A stretch of 64,000 bases of DNA from Candidatus Krumholzibacteriota bacterium (GTDB taxonomy: Bacteria; Krumholzibacteriota; Krumholzibacteriia; JAJRXK01). A program made the position numbers and the translations under genes. The stretch covers positions 64,001-128,000 of the forward strand of contig CAVSGG010000007.1 in NCBI GenBank assembly GCA_963727455.1, written 5' to 3'. Shown one piece after another: positions 39,031-48,642 of this stretch. A model generated the notes under the pieces. It worked only from the letters and a program-made list of their open reading frames with translations. It was not told the DNA's origin and ran no database searches. The number at the start of each line of letters is the position of its first letter. The first letter of the stretch is position 1.

Positions 39031-40362
39031 GTGAAGATCATCATCGTCGGGGCGGGAGCCGTGGGCTCGATCGTCGCAAAACGCCTCAGCCGGGAGAACC
39101 ACGACGTCACCCTCATCGAGGCGAGCGAAGCGGTGGTGGCCGAGGCGCAACAGCATCTCGACGCGCTCGTGATCCAGGGCAACGGGGCGACGATTCCCAT
39201 GCTCAAGGAAGCGGAGGTTGAGAAAACCGACATTCTCATCGCCGTCACCGACGTGGACGAAATCAACATCCTGGCCTGTCTCACCGCGCATCGTCTGGGA
39301 GTACCCACCAAAGTCGCCAGAGTTCGCAACGAGGATTACTATGCCGGCGAATCCTCGTGTTTCGAGGAAATCAGCCACCTCATCAATCCCGACCGCGAAG
39401 CGGTGAACGCCCTGTTCGAACTCCTGCAGAAGAAAGCCGCCACCGACATTTACGAGTTCGCCGACGGCCGCGTGCAGGTGGTCGGCGCGCGCGTGGGCAG
39501 AGGGGCCTCGGTCGAGGGAAAGAGCTTGATCGAGATCGAGAGCGAACTCGGTGCGCGCTGGGCGCTCGTGGCATCCATCACGCGCGCGGGCAAGACCATC
39601 ATTCCCTGTGGCGAAGATCTTCTCCAGGAAGACGATCAGGTGTTCATCGTGGGCCGGCGCGGCAAGATCGAGGAGGCTCTGCAGTACCTGGCTCCGCCCA
39701 CCGCTCCCATCGAGGCGGTGATGATCGTAGGCGCCAATCCAATCGGAGTGAGCCTGGCTCGCATGCTCAGCGACAACGGCATCGCGGTGAAATTGTTGGA
39801 CAGCAACTCCGAGTTGGCACACCGAGCGAGCACGAAGCTGGAGAATACCCTGGTCCTTTTGGGAGATCCGACCGACCTGGAATTCCTCGAGAGCGAGGGC
39901 CTGGCGGAGATGGATGGGTTCGTGGCCCTGAGCGAAGATGACGACATGAATCTCATGGCGAGCCTCTTGGCCCGCACCCACGGTGCGCACAAGACCATCG
40001 CCCTCATTCGTCAACCAAACTACGTGCCTCTCCTTTCGACCATCGGCGTGGATGCGGCAGTCTCGCCGCGTCTTTCCACTGCGGATGCTATCATGCGCTA
40101 CTTCCGGCGCGGGAATTTGCTCAGCCTTACCTCACTCAAGGAGAACGACGCCGAGATCGTGGAGCTACAGGCAACGGAACATTCCAAGGTGACGGGGATC
40201 CCGCTCGCCGAGGTGGAATTCACGAAAAATGCTCTGCTCGGCGCCATCATCAAGCCCTATCAGGTGGTGATTCCTCGTGGGGGTGACGTCATCGACCCTG
40301 GCGACAAGGTGCTCGTCTTCGCACTACCTTCCGCGGTGAGTGCGGTACAGAAGCTCTTCTAG
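39031..40362 (+). CDS. trkA: Trk potassium transport regulatory subunit
   Basis: MKIIIVGAGAVG, AVTDVDEINILAC; two RCK_N/RCK_C pairs. Confidence 0.95.
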   Translation: MKIIIVGAGAVGSIVAKRLSRENHDVTLIEASEAVVAEAQQHLDALVIQGNGATIPMLKEAEVEKTDILIAVTDVDEINILACLTAHRLGVPTKVARVRNEDYYAGESSCFEEISHLINPDREAVNALFELLQKKAATDIYEFADGRVQVVGARVGRGASVEGKSLIEIESELGARWALVASITRAGKTIIPCGEDLLQEDDQVFIVGRRGKIEEALQYLAPPTAPIEAVMIVGANPIGVSLARMLSDNGIAVKLLDSNSELAHRASTKLENTLVLLGDPTDLEFLESEGLAEMDGFVALSEDDDMNLMASLLARTHGAHKTIALIRQPNYVPLLSTIGVDAAVSPRLSTADAIMRYFRRGNLLSLTSLKENDAEIVELQATEHSKVTGIPLAEVEFTKNALLGAIIKPYQVVIPRGGDVIDPGDKVLVFALPSAVSAVQKLF

Positions 40363-40372
40363 GACGGCGAAC

Positions 40373-41818
40373 TTGAATCCACGCGTGGTCCTTAGAGTTC
40401 TGGGTCTGCTCGTGTTCGCCACGGGCGTGGCCATGGTGCTTCCGCTGTGCTGTGCTCTGATCTACCACGAGGAGGAGGTCAGGGTCTTTCTCCTCAACGG
40501 ACTACTTGGAGTCGTACTGGGGGGAGGGCTGGTCCTCTTGGGGAGGGGCCGGCACGAACTTGGCACCCGCGACGGCTTTCTCATCGTCACTTTCGGCTGG
40601 ATCCTGGTGGCCCTGATGGGGGCCCTGCCGTTCTGGTTGAGCGGTTCCATTCCCAGTTTCAGCGACGCATACTTCGAGTCGATGAGCGGGTTCACGACCA
40701 CCGGCGCGAGCATCCTCACCGACATCGAAGCCCAGTCCAATTCCATGTTGCTGTGGCGGTCGCTCATCCAGTGGCTCGGGGGAATGGGCATCGTCGTGCT
40801 GAGCCTAGCCATCCTTCCCATTTTGGGCATCGGCGGCATGCAGCTATTCAAGGCCGAGGCGCCCGGACCCACTCCGGACCGTCTCACTCCGCGCATCAAG
40901 GAGACGGCAAAACTGCTGTGGGGGGTCTACGTCTTGATCTCGGCAGCCGAGGTCCTCGCGCTCATCCTGAGCGGGCTCTCTCCTTTCGATGCCCTCTGTC
41001 ACACATTCACCACCATGGCCACCGGCGGATTTTCCACCCGCGACGCTTCGGTGGCGGCGCTGCACAACCCGGCGGCCGAGATCATCATCATCGTGTTCAT
41101 GTTCATCGCGGGCGCCAATTTCTCGCTGCATTTCTCTGCGCTGCGGGGTCGGCTGAAAAACTACTTTCGAGACGACGAGTTCCGCACCTACCTCGTCGTC
41201 ATCCTCGTGGCCGCCACCGCGGTCTTCCTGTCGAATCTCCACCTGACCGATTTCAGCTTTGGACGCAATTTGAGAGGAAGTTTTTTCCAGGTCGTTTCGA
41301 TCATGACGACCACCGGGTTCTGCACGGAGGACTACGCGAAGTGGGGGAGCATGCCGCAGTACCTGCTTCTTCTCTTGATGTTCATCGGCGGGTGCGCCGG
41401 CTCTACGGGGGGAGGAATGAAGAACGCCAGGTTCTTGATTTTCATCCGCCACGCGAGCAACGAACTGCGGAAACTGCTGCACCCGCGAGCGGTGTATACC
41501 ATCCGTTTCAACAAGAGCGCGGTGCCGCCGGACATCGTGACCAACATCATGGGGTTCATCCTCCTGATGATGATCATCACCACCCTGGCTACTTTCTGCA
41601 TGACCGTGGTGGGGCTCGATTTGGTTTCCGCTTTCGGGAGCGTTGCCGCGACTCTCAACAACATCGGACCCGGAGTGGGAAGCGTGGGACCCACCAATAA
41701 TTTCTCTCACGTACATGTGGTGGGAAAATGGGTTCTGACTTTCTGTATGCTAGTGGGGAGGCTCGAACTCTACACGGTGCTCGTTTTGTTTGCTCCGGAG
41801 TTCTGGCGCAAACACTGA
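40373..41818 (+). CDS. trkH: Trk potassium uptake membrane subunit
   Basis: FESMSGFTTTGAS, QWLGGMGI, ATGGFS, MTTTGF, GGCAGSTGGGMK, LNNIGPG, GRLE. Confidence 0.95.
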   Translation: MNPRVVLRVLGLLVFATGVAMVLPLCCALIYHEEEVRVFLLNGLLGVVLGGGLVLLGRGRHELGTRDGFLIVTFGWILVALMGALPFWLSGSIPSFSDAYFESMSGFTTTGASILTDIEAQSNSMLLWRSLIQWLGGMGIVVLSLAILPILGIGGMQLFKAEAPGPTPDRLTPRIKETAKLLWGVYVLISAAEVLALILSGLSPFDALCHTFTTMATGGFSTRDASVAALHNPAAEIIIIVFMFIAGANFSLHFSALRGRLKNYFRDDEFRTYLVVILVAATAVFLSNLHLTDFSFGRNLRGSFFQVVSIMTTTGFCTEDYAKWGSMPQYLLLLLMFIGGCAGSTGGGMKNARFLIFIRHASNELRKLLHPRAVYTIRFNKSAVPPDIVTNIMGFILLMMIITTLATFCMTVVGLDLVSAFGSVAATLNNIGPGVGSVGPTNNFSHVHVVGKWVLTFCMLVGRLELYTVLVLFAPEFWRKH

Positions 41819-41834
41819 CCGGATTGGAGCGGAG

Positions 41835-42731
41835 ATGGATCTGCGCATCGGCTTGGCCCAATGCAATCTCAAACTGGGCGATCTCGAGGCAAACATGGCA
41901 ATCCACGAAGAGTGGATCCGCCGCGCGCGCAAGGAGAGAGTGGACTTTTTGGTGTTTCCCGAGCTCTCCCTCACGGGGTACCTGCTGCAGGACATGGTGG
42001 GAGACCTCGCAATGGGTGTTGACGACCCTCACCTGAAAGGTCTTGCGCGTACGGCGCGGGACCTATCGCTCTGCGTGGGTGGCATCGAGGAATCGGAGGA
42101 ACACGCCCAGTACATCGCGTCCTTCTATCTGGAACAGGGCCAGGTGAAACACGTGCACCGCAAGGTCTATCTGGCGAGTTATGGAGTGTTCGACGAGGCG
42201 CGATTCGTCGGGGCTGGCTCCAGTGTGGTTGCCGCCCGCACCCGGCACGGCCGCATCGGCTTCTCCATTTGTGAAGACTCCTGGCATCCTTCGTTGGTGA
42301 CCACTCTGCTTCTCGACGGAGCGCAACTCGTGGTGGTTCAGACCGCCAGTCCGGTGCGCGACTTACGCGAAGGGGAGATGCCCCAGAACGCGCGAATCTG
42401 GGTGGACACTCTACGTACCTACGCCCGGCTTTACGGTTGCTACATCGCATTCTGCAATCGGGTGGGCAGCGAGGACGGTCTGGTGTTCTGGGGACGCAGT
42501 GTGCTTTTGGGTCCCGACGGTGAGGAAGTGGCGGCGGGTCCCCTCTACCAAGAGGAACTCGTCGTGGGCGAGGTGGACTTCGAGAGAGTGCGCCAGGCGC
42601 GACTGAGCAATCCCATTCTGCGGGACGAGAAGATCGAACTCACCCGGCGCGAGCTGGGTCGGATCGCGGCAGCGCGGAGCCTGACTGCCACTTCTAAGGA
42701 GGCGGCCGAAGAGCGGAGGGATGAAGAGTGA
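41835..42731 (+). CDS. Carbon-nitrogen hydrolase, probable glutaminase subunit of NAD synthetase
   Basis: E-K-C triad: FPELSLTGY, HRKVYL, ICEDSW; overlaps the nadE start. Confidence 0.88.
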   Translation: MDLRIGLAQCNLKLGDLEANMAIHEEWIRRARKERVDFLVFPELSLTGYLLQDMVGDLAMGVDDPHLKGLARTARDLSLCVGGIEESEEHAQYIASFYLEQGQVKHVHRKVYLASYGVFDEARFVGAGSSVVAARTRHGRIGFSICEDSWHPSLVTTLLLDGAQLVVVQTASPVRDLREGEMPQNARIWVDTLRTYARLYGCYIAFCNRVGSEDGLVFWGRSVLLGPDGEEVAAGPLYQEELVVGEVDFERVRQARLSNPILRDEKIELTRRELGRIAAARSLTATSKEAAEERRDEE

Positions 42732-43612
42732 CACGCCCTCCCGAGTCCTCCTCGAATCTCCCGCGAGACAGCCAGCGCAACGGCGATTCTTTGGGCGCGC
42801 TGGAACTCCAGTGGGACGCAGCGGTCGAAGTGCTCACCGCGGGACTGCGGCAAGAGGTTGAGCGCGCGGGGTTCTTCAAGGTGCTCCTCGGTCTCTCGGG
42901 AGGCATCGACTCCGCCCTGGTGGCGACGCTTGCGGCCCACACCTTCGGAGCGGATAAGGTCTTGGCTGTCCTGATGCCCTACGCCAGCAGTTCGCCATCG
43001 AGTCTGGAGCACGCGCGCTTGGTGGTGGATACCCTTGGCATCGAATCGCAGCTCGAAGAGATCACCCCGCAGGTCGACGCCTATTTCGCCAGCCACCCCG
43101 ACGCCGACCGCACACGACGGGGCAACAAAATGGCGCGTGAGCGCATGACCATCCTCTACGATCTGAGCCAGGTGCGGCACGCTCTGGTCCTGGGAACCTC
43201 CAACAAGACCGAGCTTCTGCTGGGTTACTCGACCATTTACGGTGACAGTGCCAGCGCGGTGAACGTCATCGGCGACCTCTACAAGAGTCAGGTCTTTGCG
43301 CTTTCCCGGCACCTACAAATCCCCGAGGTGATCGTGAACAAGGCGCCCAGCGCCGACCTCTGGCAGGGACAGACCGACGAGGACGAGTTGGGCATGAAGT
43401 ACGCGGAGGTGGATCGCCTGCTGCACGAGATGGTCGACCGGAGGCAGCGACGCGAGGGGCTATTGCGGGCGGGCTTTTCGCCCCAGCTCATCGACCGGGT
43501 GAGTTCGCTGATGAAGGCTTCACAGTACAAGCGCAAGCTGCCCGTGATCGTGAAGCTGAGCAATCGCACCGTGGACAAAGATTTTCTCTATCCGCGCGAC
43601 TGGATGGGGTAG
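42728..43612 (+). CDS. nadE: NAD+ synthetase (synthetase domain only)
   Basis: LGLSGGIDS, GNKMARERM, GTSNKTE..LGY.T.YGD, IGDLYKSQV, KAPSADLW.GQTDE. Confidence 0.95.
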   Translation: MTRPPESSSNLPRDSQRNGDSLGALELQWDAAVEVLTAGLRQEVERAGFFKVLLGLSGGIDSALVATLAAHTFGADKVLAVLMPYASSSPSSLEHARLVVDTLGIESQLEEITPQVDAYFASHPDADRTRRGNKMARERMTILYDLSQVRHALVLGTSNKTELLLGYSTIYGDSASAVNVIGDLYKSQVFALSRHLQIPEVIVNKAPSADLWQGQTDEDELGMKYAEVDRLLHEMVDRRQRREGLLRAGFSPQLIDRVSSLMKASQYKRKLPVIVKLSNRTVDKDFLYPRDWMG

Positions 43613-43617
43613 GCGAC

Positions 43618-44286
43618 GTGTTGACCCTGGTGGCGACTCCGATAGGAAACCTCGAGGACCTTTCTCCCCGCGCCGAGAGGGTCCTGCGCGAAGCGGACCA
43701 GATCTACGCGGAAGACACCCGTCATACCGGCCGACTGCTCGCGCGCCTGCAGATCAAGACGAGGCTGCGCTCGTGCCACGATCATAACGAGGAGCAGAGG
43801 GCACGCGAGATCCTCGAGGGACTGCGGGCGGGCGAGAAGATCGCACTGGTGAGCGATGCCGGGACCCCGGGCATCGCCGATCCCGGTTTCAAAGTGGTGC
43901 GGGCGGCGCTGGCCGCCGAGCTCGAGGTCAGCATGATTCCCGGGCCGTCCAGTGTGATCATGGCCCTCGTGCTGAGCGGATTTCCCAGCGATCGCTTCGT
44001 TTTCGACGGCTGGCTGCCCCGACGCAGCGGCCGCCTCGTTCGCCAACTCGAGAGTTACGAGCGGGAGGAGCGAACCGTCGTCCTCTTGGAATCCAGCCAC
44101 CGTTTGCTCAAGAGTCTCCCGCAATTCGCGAAGATCCTCGGGGATCGTGAGCTGGCCGTTTGCCGGGAGATGACCAAACTCCACGAAGAAGTCCGGCGCG
44201 GCAGCGCGGCCGATCTCCTAGCTCACTTCGAAGAATACCCGCCGAAGGGGGAGCTTGTCCTGGTCTTGGCTCCCGCCTCTGCTTGA
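43618..44286 (+). CDS. rsmI: 16S rRNA C1402 2'-O-methyltransferase
   Basis: LVATPIGNLED.S.RA, AEDTR, LVSDAGTPGIADPG, REMTKLHEE, KGE. Confidence 0.95.
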   Translation: MLTLVATPIGNLEDLSPRAERVLREADQIYAEDTRHTGRLLARLQIKTRLRSCHDHNEEQRAREILEGLRAGEKIALVSDAGTPGIADPGFKVVRAALAAELEVSMIPGPSSVIMALVLSGFPSDRFVFDGWLPRRSGRLVRQLESYEREERTVVLLESSHRLLKSLPQFAKILGDRELAVCREMTKLHEEVRRGSAADLLAHFEEYPPKGELVLVLAPASA

Positions 44287-44305
44287 CAGCAACGGCGAGG
44301 AAGGG

Positions 44306-44929
44306 TTGACTGCCTCCGTGAGCAAGTTCGACATGCATCAGACCGTGCGCGGCTGGATTCAGCCCGTGGTCCGCGTTTTGGATGCGGCCGGTTTTTCACC
44401 CACCTTCCTGACTTTCGCCGGCCTCTTTTTGAATTTCGGTGCGGCCGCCATCGTTTACCGGGGCCACCTCTTCTGGGGTGGTCTGGCATTCCTTTTGGCC
44501 AGCGCCTTCGACATGCTGGATGGCTCCTTGGCGCGTCGCCAGAACCGTGCCTCTGAGCTCGGGGCCTTTCTCGATTCCACCTTCGATCGGCTCAGCGAGA
44601 CCGCGCTCTTTCTGGGCTTGCTGCACGACATGCGGATCCACACCTACACCCTGCCCTGGCTCACGGAGTTGACCCTGCTCGCCCTGGCCGGATCGCTCAT
44701 CACCAGTTATGCGCGCGCGCGGGCGGAGGGACTCGGCCGCGAGTGCAAGGTGGGCTGGTTGGAACGGCCCGAACGCATCCTCCTTTTGGGACTCGGTCTG
44801 ATCCTCGGCCGCACCGCGACAGGTTTCGTCGTCTTCGCGCTGGCTTTCCTCACCTGGATTACCGTCATCCAACGCATCGCCCACGTGTGGCGCCAGCTCA
44901 ACGGGCCGCCGGACGGAGAGTCGCCGTGA
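44306..44929 (+). CDS. CDP-alcohol phosphatidyltransferase (PIP-synthase-like)
   Basis: DMLDGSLAR..GAFLDSTFDR; SYARARAEGLG..VGWLERPER. Confidence 0.88.
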   Translation: MTASVSKFDMHQTVRGWIQPVVRVLDAAGFSPTFLTFAGLFLNFGAAAIVYRGHLFWGGLAFLLASAFDMLDGSLARRQNRASELGAFLDSTFDRLSETALFLGLLHDMRIHTYTLPWLTELTLLALAGSLITSYARARAEGLGRECKVGWLERPERILLLGLGLILGRTATGFVVFALAFLTWITVIQRIAHVWRQLNGPPDGESP

Positions 44930-45564
44930 GCAGGGGCCCCGGCGTTTTGGTGAGCTTCGAGGGGGTAGAGGGCTGCGGCAAGTCCACGCTATTGAACTCT
45001 CTGGCGGATCAGCTGAAAGCTCGGGGATACGAGTTGACGGTGAGCAGGGAGCCGGGGGGCACGGAGGCGGGCGAACGGATCCGGGACCTCGTCCTGGACA
45101 CGCGACACGCCCAACTGAGCGCTCTCAGCGAGCTTTTTCTCATGCTGGCGGCGCGCGCCCAGCTGGTCGAGGAGGTCCTGCGGCCCGCGCTCGCGCGCGG
45201 GAAAATCGTCCTTTGCGACCGCTATGGTGACGCCTCCTGCGCCTACCAGGGCAAGGGAAGGGGCTTGGGCATCGAGCGCGTCGAGGAGCTCAATCAACTG
45301 GCGACCGGGGGACTGGAGCCCGATCTCACCTTTTTGGTCGACCTGAGCCCGGCCGAGGGACGCGCGCGCATGGGCGATCGCCTACGGGACCGCATGGAAC
45401 GGGAAGAATCGGAGTTTCACGAGCGAGTCCGCGCAGGCTATTTGGAGCTGGCCGACCGCCACCCCGAGCGCTTCCGGGTCCTGGACGGCATGCTTTCCAA
45501 AGAGGCTCTGCAGGCGGAAGCGTGGACCCACTTGAAGGAAAAACTGCCCAAGCCGGGCGCTTGA
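44926..45564 (+). CDS. tmk: Thymidylate kinase
   Basis: SFEGVEGCGKST, REPGGT, LCDRY..AYQG.GRG, PDLTFL.D. Confidence 0.95.
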   Translation: MSRGPGVLVSFEGVEGCGKSTLLNSLADQLKARGYELTVSREPGGTEAGERIRDLVLDTRHAQLSALSELFLMLAARAQLVEEVLRPALARGKIVLCDRYGDASCAYQGKGRGLGIERVEELNQLATGGLEPDLTFLVDLSPAEGRARMGDRLRDRMEREESEFHERVRAGYLELADRHPERFRVLDGMLSKEALQAEAWTHLKEKLPKPGA

Positions 45565-45565
45565 T

Positions 45566-45626
45566 CCCCCGAAGCTCCCCGCGCTTCCCCGAGGCTCCCC
45601 GGCGCGGACCCCGAAGCTTCTCGCGC
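45566..45626. repeat. Three imperfect direct repeats (CCCCGA.GCT.C.CG.GC) with phased C4 tracts
   Basis: Copies start at 45567, 45587 and 45609 in the tmk-ctpA intergenic region. Confidence 0.6.
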
Positions 45627-45743
45627 GGAACACATATTGCTGTCATTCGTACAAGCTCTTAACGTGAGCTTGCCGCTTCCGCAGGCATATTCCTCCGTTT
45701 TCGCAGCGTTTTCCTCGGCGTATTCACCAGTCAGGGGACTTAC

Positions 45744-47489
45744 ATGAAGCTCAACCGCAGCAAACTCCTTCTCGTCGTATCGGTCGTCGCCGTGCTCTGC
45801 ACCGGGTTCGTGCTCGGAGCCGCGGCAGGACGGGGAAAGAGCGATCAGGGAGATCAGGATTCGCAGAAGAAAACGGTCACCCGAAGTCAGGAATACTACG
45901 ACAGCCTCGAACTCTTCGGCCGCGTCTACGAGCGCATCACCCGGAATTACGTGGACGAGCTGGATCCCCAGGACCTGATCAATTCGGCAATCGACGGCAT
46001 GCTCGACCAGCTGGACGCGCACAGCCAGCTTCTGACGCCCGAGTCCTACGACGATCTGATGACCAGCACGCAGGGAGAGTTCGGGGGGCTGGGAATCCAG
46101 ATCACCCTGAGAGACGGCTGGATCACCGTGGTCTCGCCAATCGAGGGAACGCCGGCCTATCTCATGGGAATCCAGGGCGGCGATCAGATCGTGGAGATCG
46201 AGGGCGAGAGCACAAAAGGCTGGAAGACCAACGATGCGGTGTCCAAACTGCGCGGTCCCAAAGGGACCGAAGTCACCATTGGCATCCGTCGCGCCGGCGA
46301 AGACGCGATTCGGCACTACACGATCACGCGCGACATCATAAAACTCGAGAGCATTCCCTATGTGTTCATGATCGACGATGAGCACAAAGTTGGTTACGTC
46401 CGCATCACGAACTTTGCCCGTACCACCGCCGACGAGTTGCGGACCGCGGTGGAGAATCTCGAGAAGCAGGGAATGCAGCGGCTCCTCATCGATTTACGTT
46501 TCAATCCGGGCGGACTCTTGACCGCGGCCAAGGACGTCAGTGGGTTCTTTCTGAAGCAGGGCGAGCTCATCGTCTACACCAAGGGTCGCTACATGCGGAA
46601 CAACCTCAGCTACTACGCCACGGACCAGGACGAGGTCGACTGGAGCAAGACCCCCCTCTTGCTGCTCGTCAATGGTTCCTCGGCCAGCGCCAGCGAGATC
46701 TTCTCCGGCGCCATGCAAGACCACGACGTGGGCCTCATCGCGGGGCAGACGACCTTCGGCAAGGGCTCGGTCCAGACCGTCTTCGATCTACCGCCCGACA
46801 AGGCGCTCAAGCTGACGACCGCGCGTTACTACACGCCCAGCGGTCGTTCCATCCACCGCAAACGGACGCGGGATGGCGAACTCGTGAAGACGCACGCCGA
46901 TTCCCTGGCGATGAAGGACAGTGCGGACAGCCTCTCGACCCAGAACGAGGAGGTCCCGCAGCATTCCGGCGAGGTCTACTTCACCGACATGGGCCGTCAG
47001 GTCTATGGCGGAGGAGGGATCACTCCGGACGTGGAGATCAAACCGACCATGCTCAGCGATGCCGAAGTGTGCCTCGAACGCGACGGGATCTTCTTCACAT
47101 TCGCCACCGAGTATGCCGTCGATCACAAGACTCTGCCGAAGGACTTCAAAGTGAGTTCCGCGCTACTGGACAAGTTCTACGAGATGGCCAGCCAGCGCGA
47201 GAACCTGAAGAAGTATCTGAAGGAGTTCGACCTGAGCTGGAACCGCAAGCTCATGGATGACAATCTCGAATACGTGAAGACGGGAATCGTGCGCGAGCTA
47301 CAGCGTCACTTCAACGGCTCGGAGGCGGCTTACCACGTGTCGATCAAGGACGATGGCCAGCTCTGGGAAGCGGTTCACATCCTGTCCCAAGCGAAGGACA
47401 AGCAGGACCTCTTCCGTCTGGCTGAAGAGTACAAGGCACGTAAGCTGGCCGAAGGCGAGAAGTCCGAGTCCACCGCCCAAGTCCACTGA
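45744..47489 (+). CDS. ctpA: S41A carboxy-terminal processing protease
   Basis: LDAHS, PDZ GEFGGLGI, DLRFNPGGLL, SASASEI, TFGKGSVQ, LTTARYYTPSGRSI. Confidence 0.93.
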   Translation: MKLNRSKLLLVVSVVAVLCTGFVLGAAAGRGKSDQGDQDSQKKTVTRSQEYYDSLELFGRVYERITRNYVDELDPQDLINSAIDGMLDQLDAHSQLLTPESYDDLMTSTQGEFGGLGIQITLRDGWITVVSPIEGTPAYLMGIQGGDQIVEIEGESTKGWKTNDAVSKLRGPKGTEVTIGIRRAGEDAIRHYTITRDIIKLESIPYVFMIDDEHKVGYVRITNFARTTADELRTAVENLEKQGMQRLLIDLRFNPGGLLTAAKDVSGFFLKQGELIVYTKGRYMRNNLSYYATDQDEVDWSKTPLLLLVNGSSASASEIFSGAMQDHDVGLIAGQTTFGKGSVQTVFDLPPDKALKLTTARYYTPSGRSIHRKRTRDGELVKTHADSLAMKDSADSLSTQNEEVPQHSGEVYFTDMGRQVYGGGGITPDVEIKPTMLSDAEVCLERDGIFFTFATEYAVDHKTLPKDFKVSSALLDKFYEMASQRENLKKYLKEFDLSWNRKLMDDNLEYVKTGIVRELQRHFNGSEAAYHVSIKDDGQLWEAVHILSQAKDKQDLFRLAEEYKARKLAEGEKSESTAQVH

Positions 47490-47522
47490 TTCCGCGGTGG
47501 ACTCAGACTCGGCCGAAGCGAA

Positions 47523-48314
47523 TCAGCGCTGGTTGAAGAGAGACTTCACGCGTCCCCAGGAAGAAGACTGCGTCGGCACCGGTGACGAGGCCAGGATCAA
47601 CACCACGAGGTCGTTGTAGTCATTGTCGGTGTACTCAGGCGCGAAGCTTGCGGACAGTGGAAGTCCCGAGTCCAGGTCCTCCCAAGCCAGAATGTAGGCC
47701 GGCTTTCCGTAGAGGTAGGAGACGTTGTAGATGAGGCACTGCGGGTCTCCGCCCTCGGGGCCGTGAACCGTGCCGCTTCCGTCCGGCCCCACGTCATTCA
47801 GAGTACGATCGGTGTAGAACTTCTCGGGCTGTGGAGCGCCCTGGGCATCCTGGTCACCATTGGGGTCCAGCCAGAAGCCGAACTGCGTGGGAGAACTGAA
47901 GGTGACGGTCTTCGAATTCCCCGGCCCCTCGTCGCCGGTGAAAATGACGCCGTCGTTGAAACCATCGATGTCCGGGTAGCCGATCTCGTACCAGCCCATG
48001 GTATTGAACCACTGGTAGCCTGCGAGTTCCGTGACGATCAGATTGGTGAAATCCGTATCCTGCCAGTAGGGCTTGGGACTCAAGTCCGCGTCTCCGGGCA
48101 GATATCCCTCGTACATCGTGAGTACGTCCACATCACCGGGGGAGTAGCTCGAGGGGAACTGAGTACTCAGGAAGCCGTCGATGACATCCTGGAGGGGGAC
48201 ACCATCCCAGGAAGTGCCCCAGCTCACATCGAAGACCGCCGCGGCCGGAGCGCTGAAGAGAGTCAAAAGAAGCAGCGAGAAAAGAAGAGCGAAGCCGCGA
48301 CTGCGGTGGTCCAT
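47523..48314 (-). CDS. Secreted acidic protein with a DUF4114-like C-domain and a C-terminal SWGRVKSLF tail
   Basis: AAAGGA RBS; signal peptide ending APAAA; LAWEDL..DNDYNDLVV; tail PVPTQSSSWGRVKSLFNQR. Confidence 0.7.
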   Translation of the reverse strand: MDHRSRGFALLFSLLLLTLFSAPAAAVFDVSWGTSWDGVPLQDVIDGFLSTQFPSSYSPGDVDVLTMYEGYLPGDADLSPKPYWQDTDFTNLIVTELAGYQWFNTMGWYEIGYPDIDGFNDGVIFTGDEGPGNSKTVTFSSPTQFGFWLDPNGDQDAQGAPQPEKFYTDRTLNDVGPDGSGTVHGPEGGDPQCLIYNVSYLYGKPAYILAWEDLDSGLPLSASFAPEYTDNDYNDLVVLILASSPVPTQSSSWGRVKSLFNQR

Positions 48315-48424
48315 GGACAGTTTCCTTTTCAGGAGACGAAACCAGTGCACTGGAGGCTGGATTCATCTCACGAGGAGCAACAGTTTCCGGCCGGGATCGA
48401 GGGGATCGCCCGCGGACGGAATGG

Positions 48425-48440
48425 TGTCAGGAATTTGACA
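48425..48440. promoter_or_regulatory. Palindromic operator candidate TGTCA-N6-TGACA in a divergent promoter region
   Basis: TGTCAGGAATTTGACA in an AT-rich patch; overlaps a TTGACA hexamer. Confidence 0.4.
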
Positions 48441-48642
48441 ATATTCTAGCATGGCTCGGTGGGAGGGGACAAGTGGGCCGATCTCCCTATTCCTCCGAGG
48501 TCCTCAGGGCGCCCGCCCGCGAGGATGACAGGCTCGAAAATCTGGAGTAGCCTCGCGCAGGAACGGGCCGAGCCCGTTCTTGCGCGTCCTGGGGGCAAGT
48601 CCCCGCAACTTCCGCGCGCCCTCGCGCGTACAGAGGCGAATC

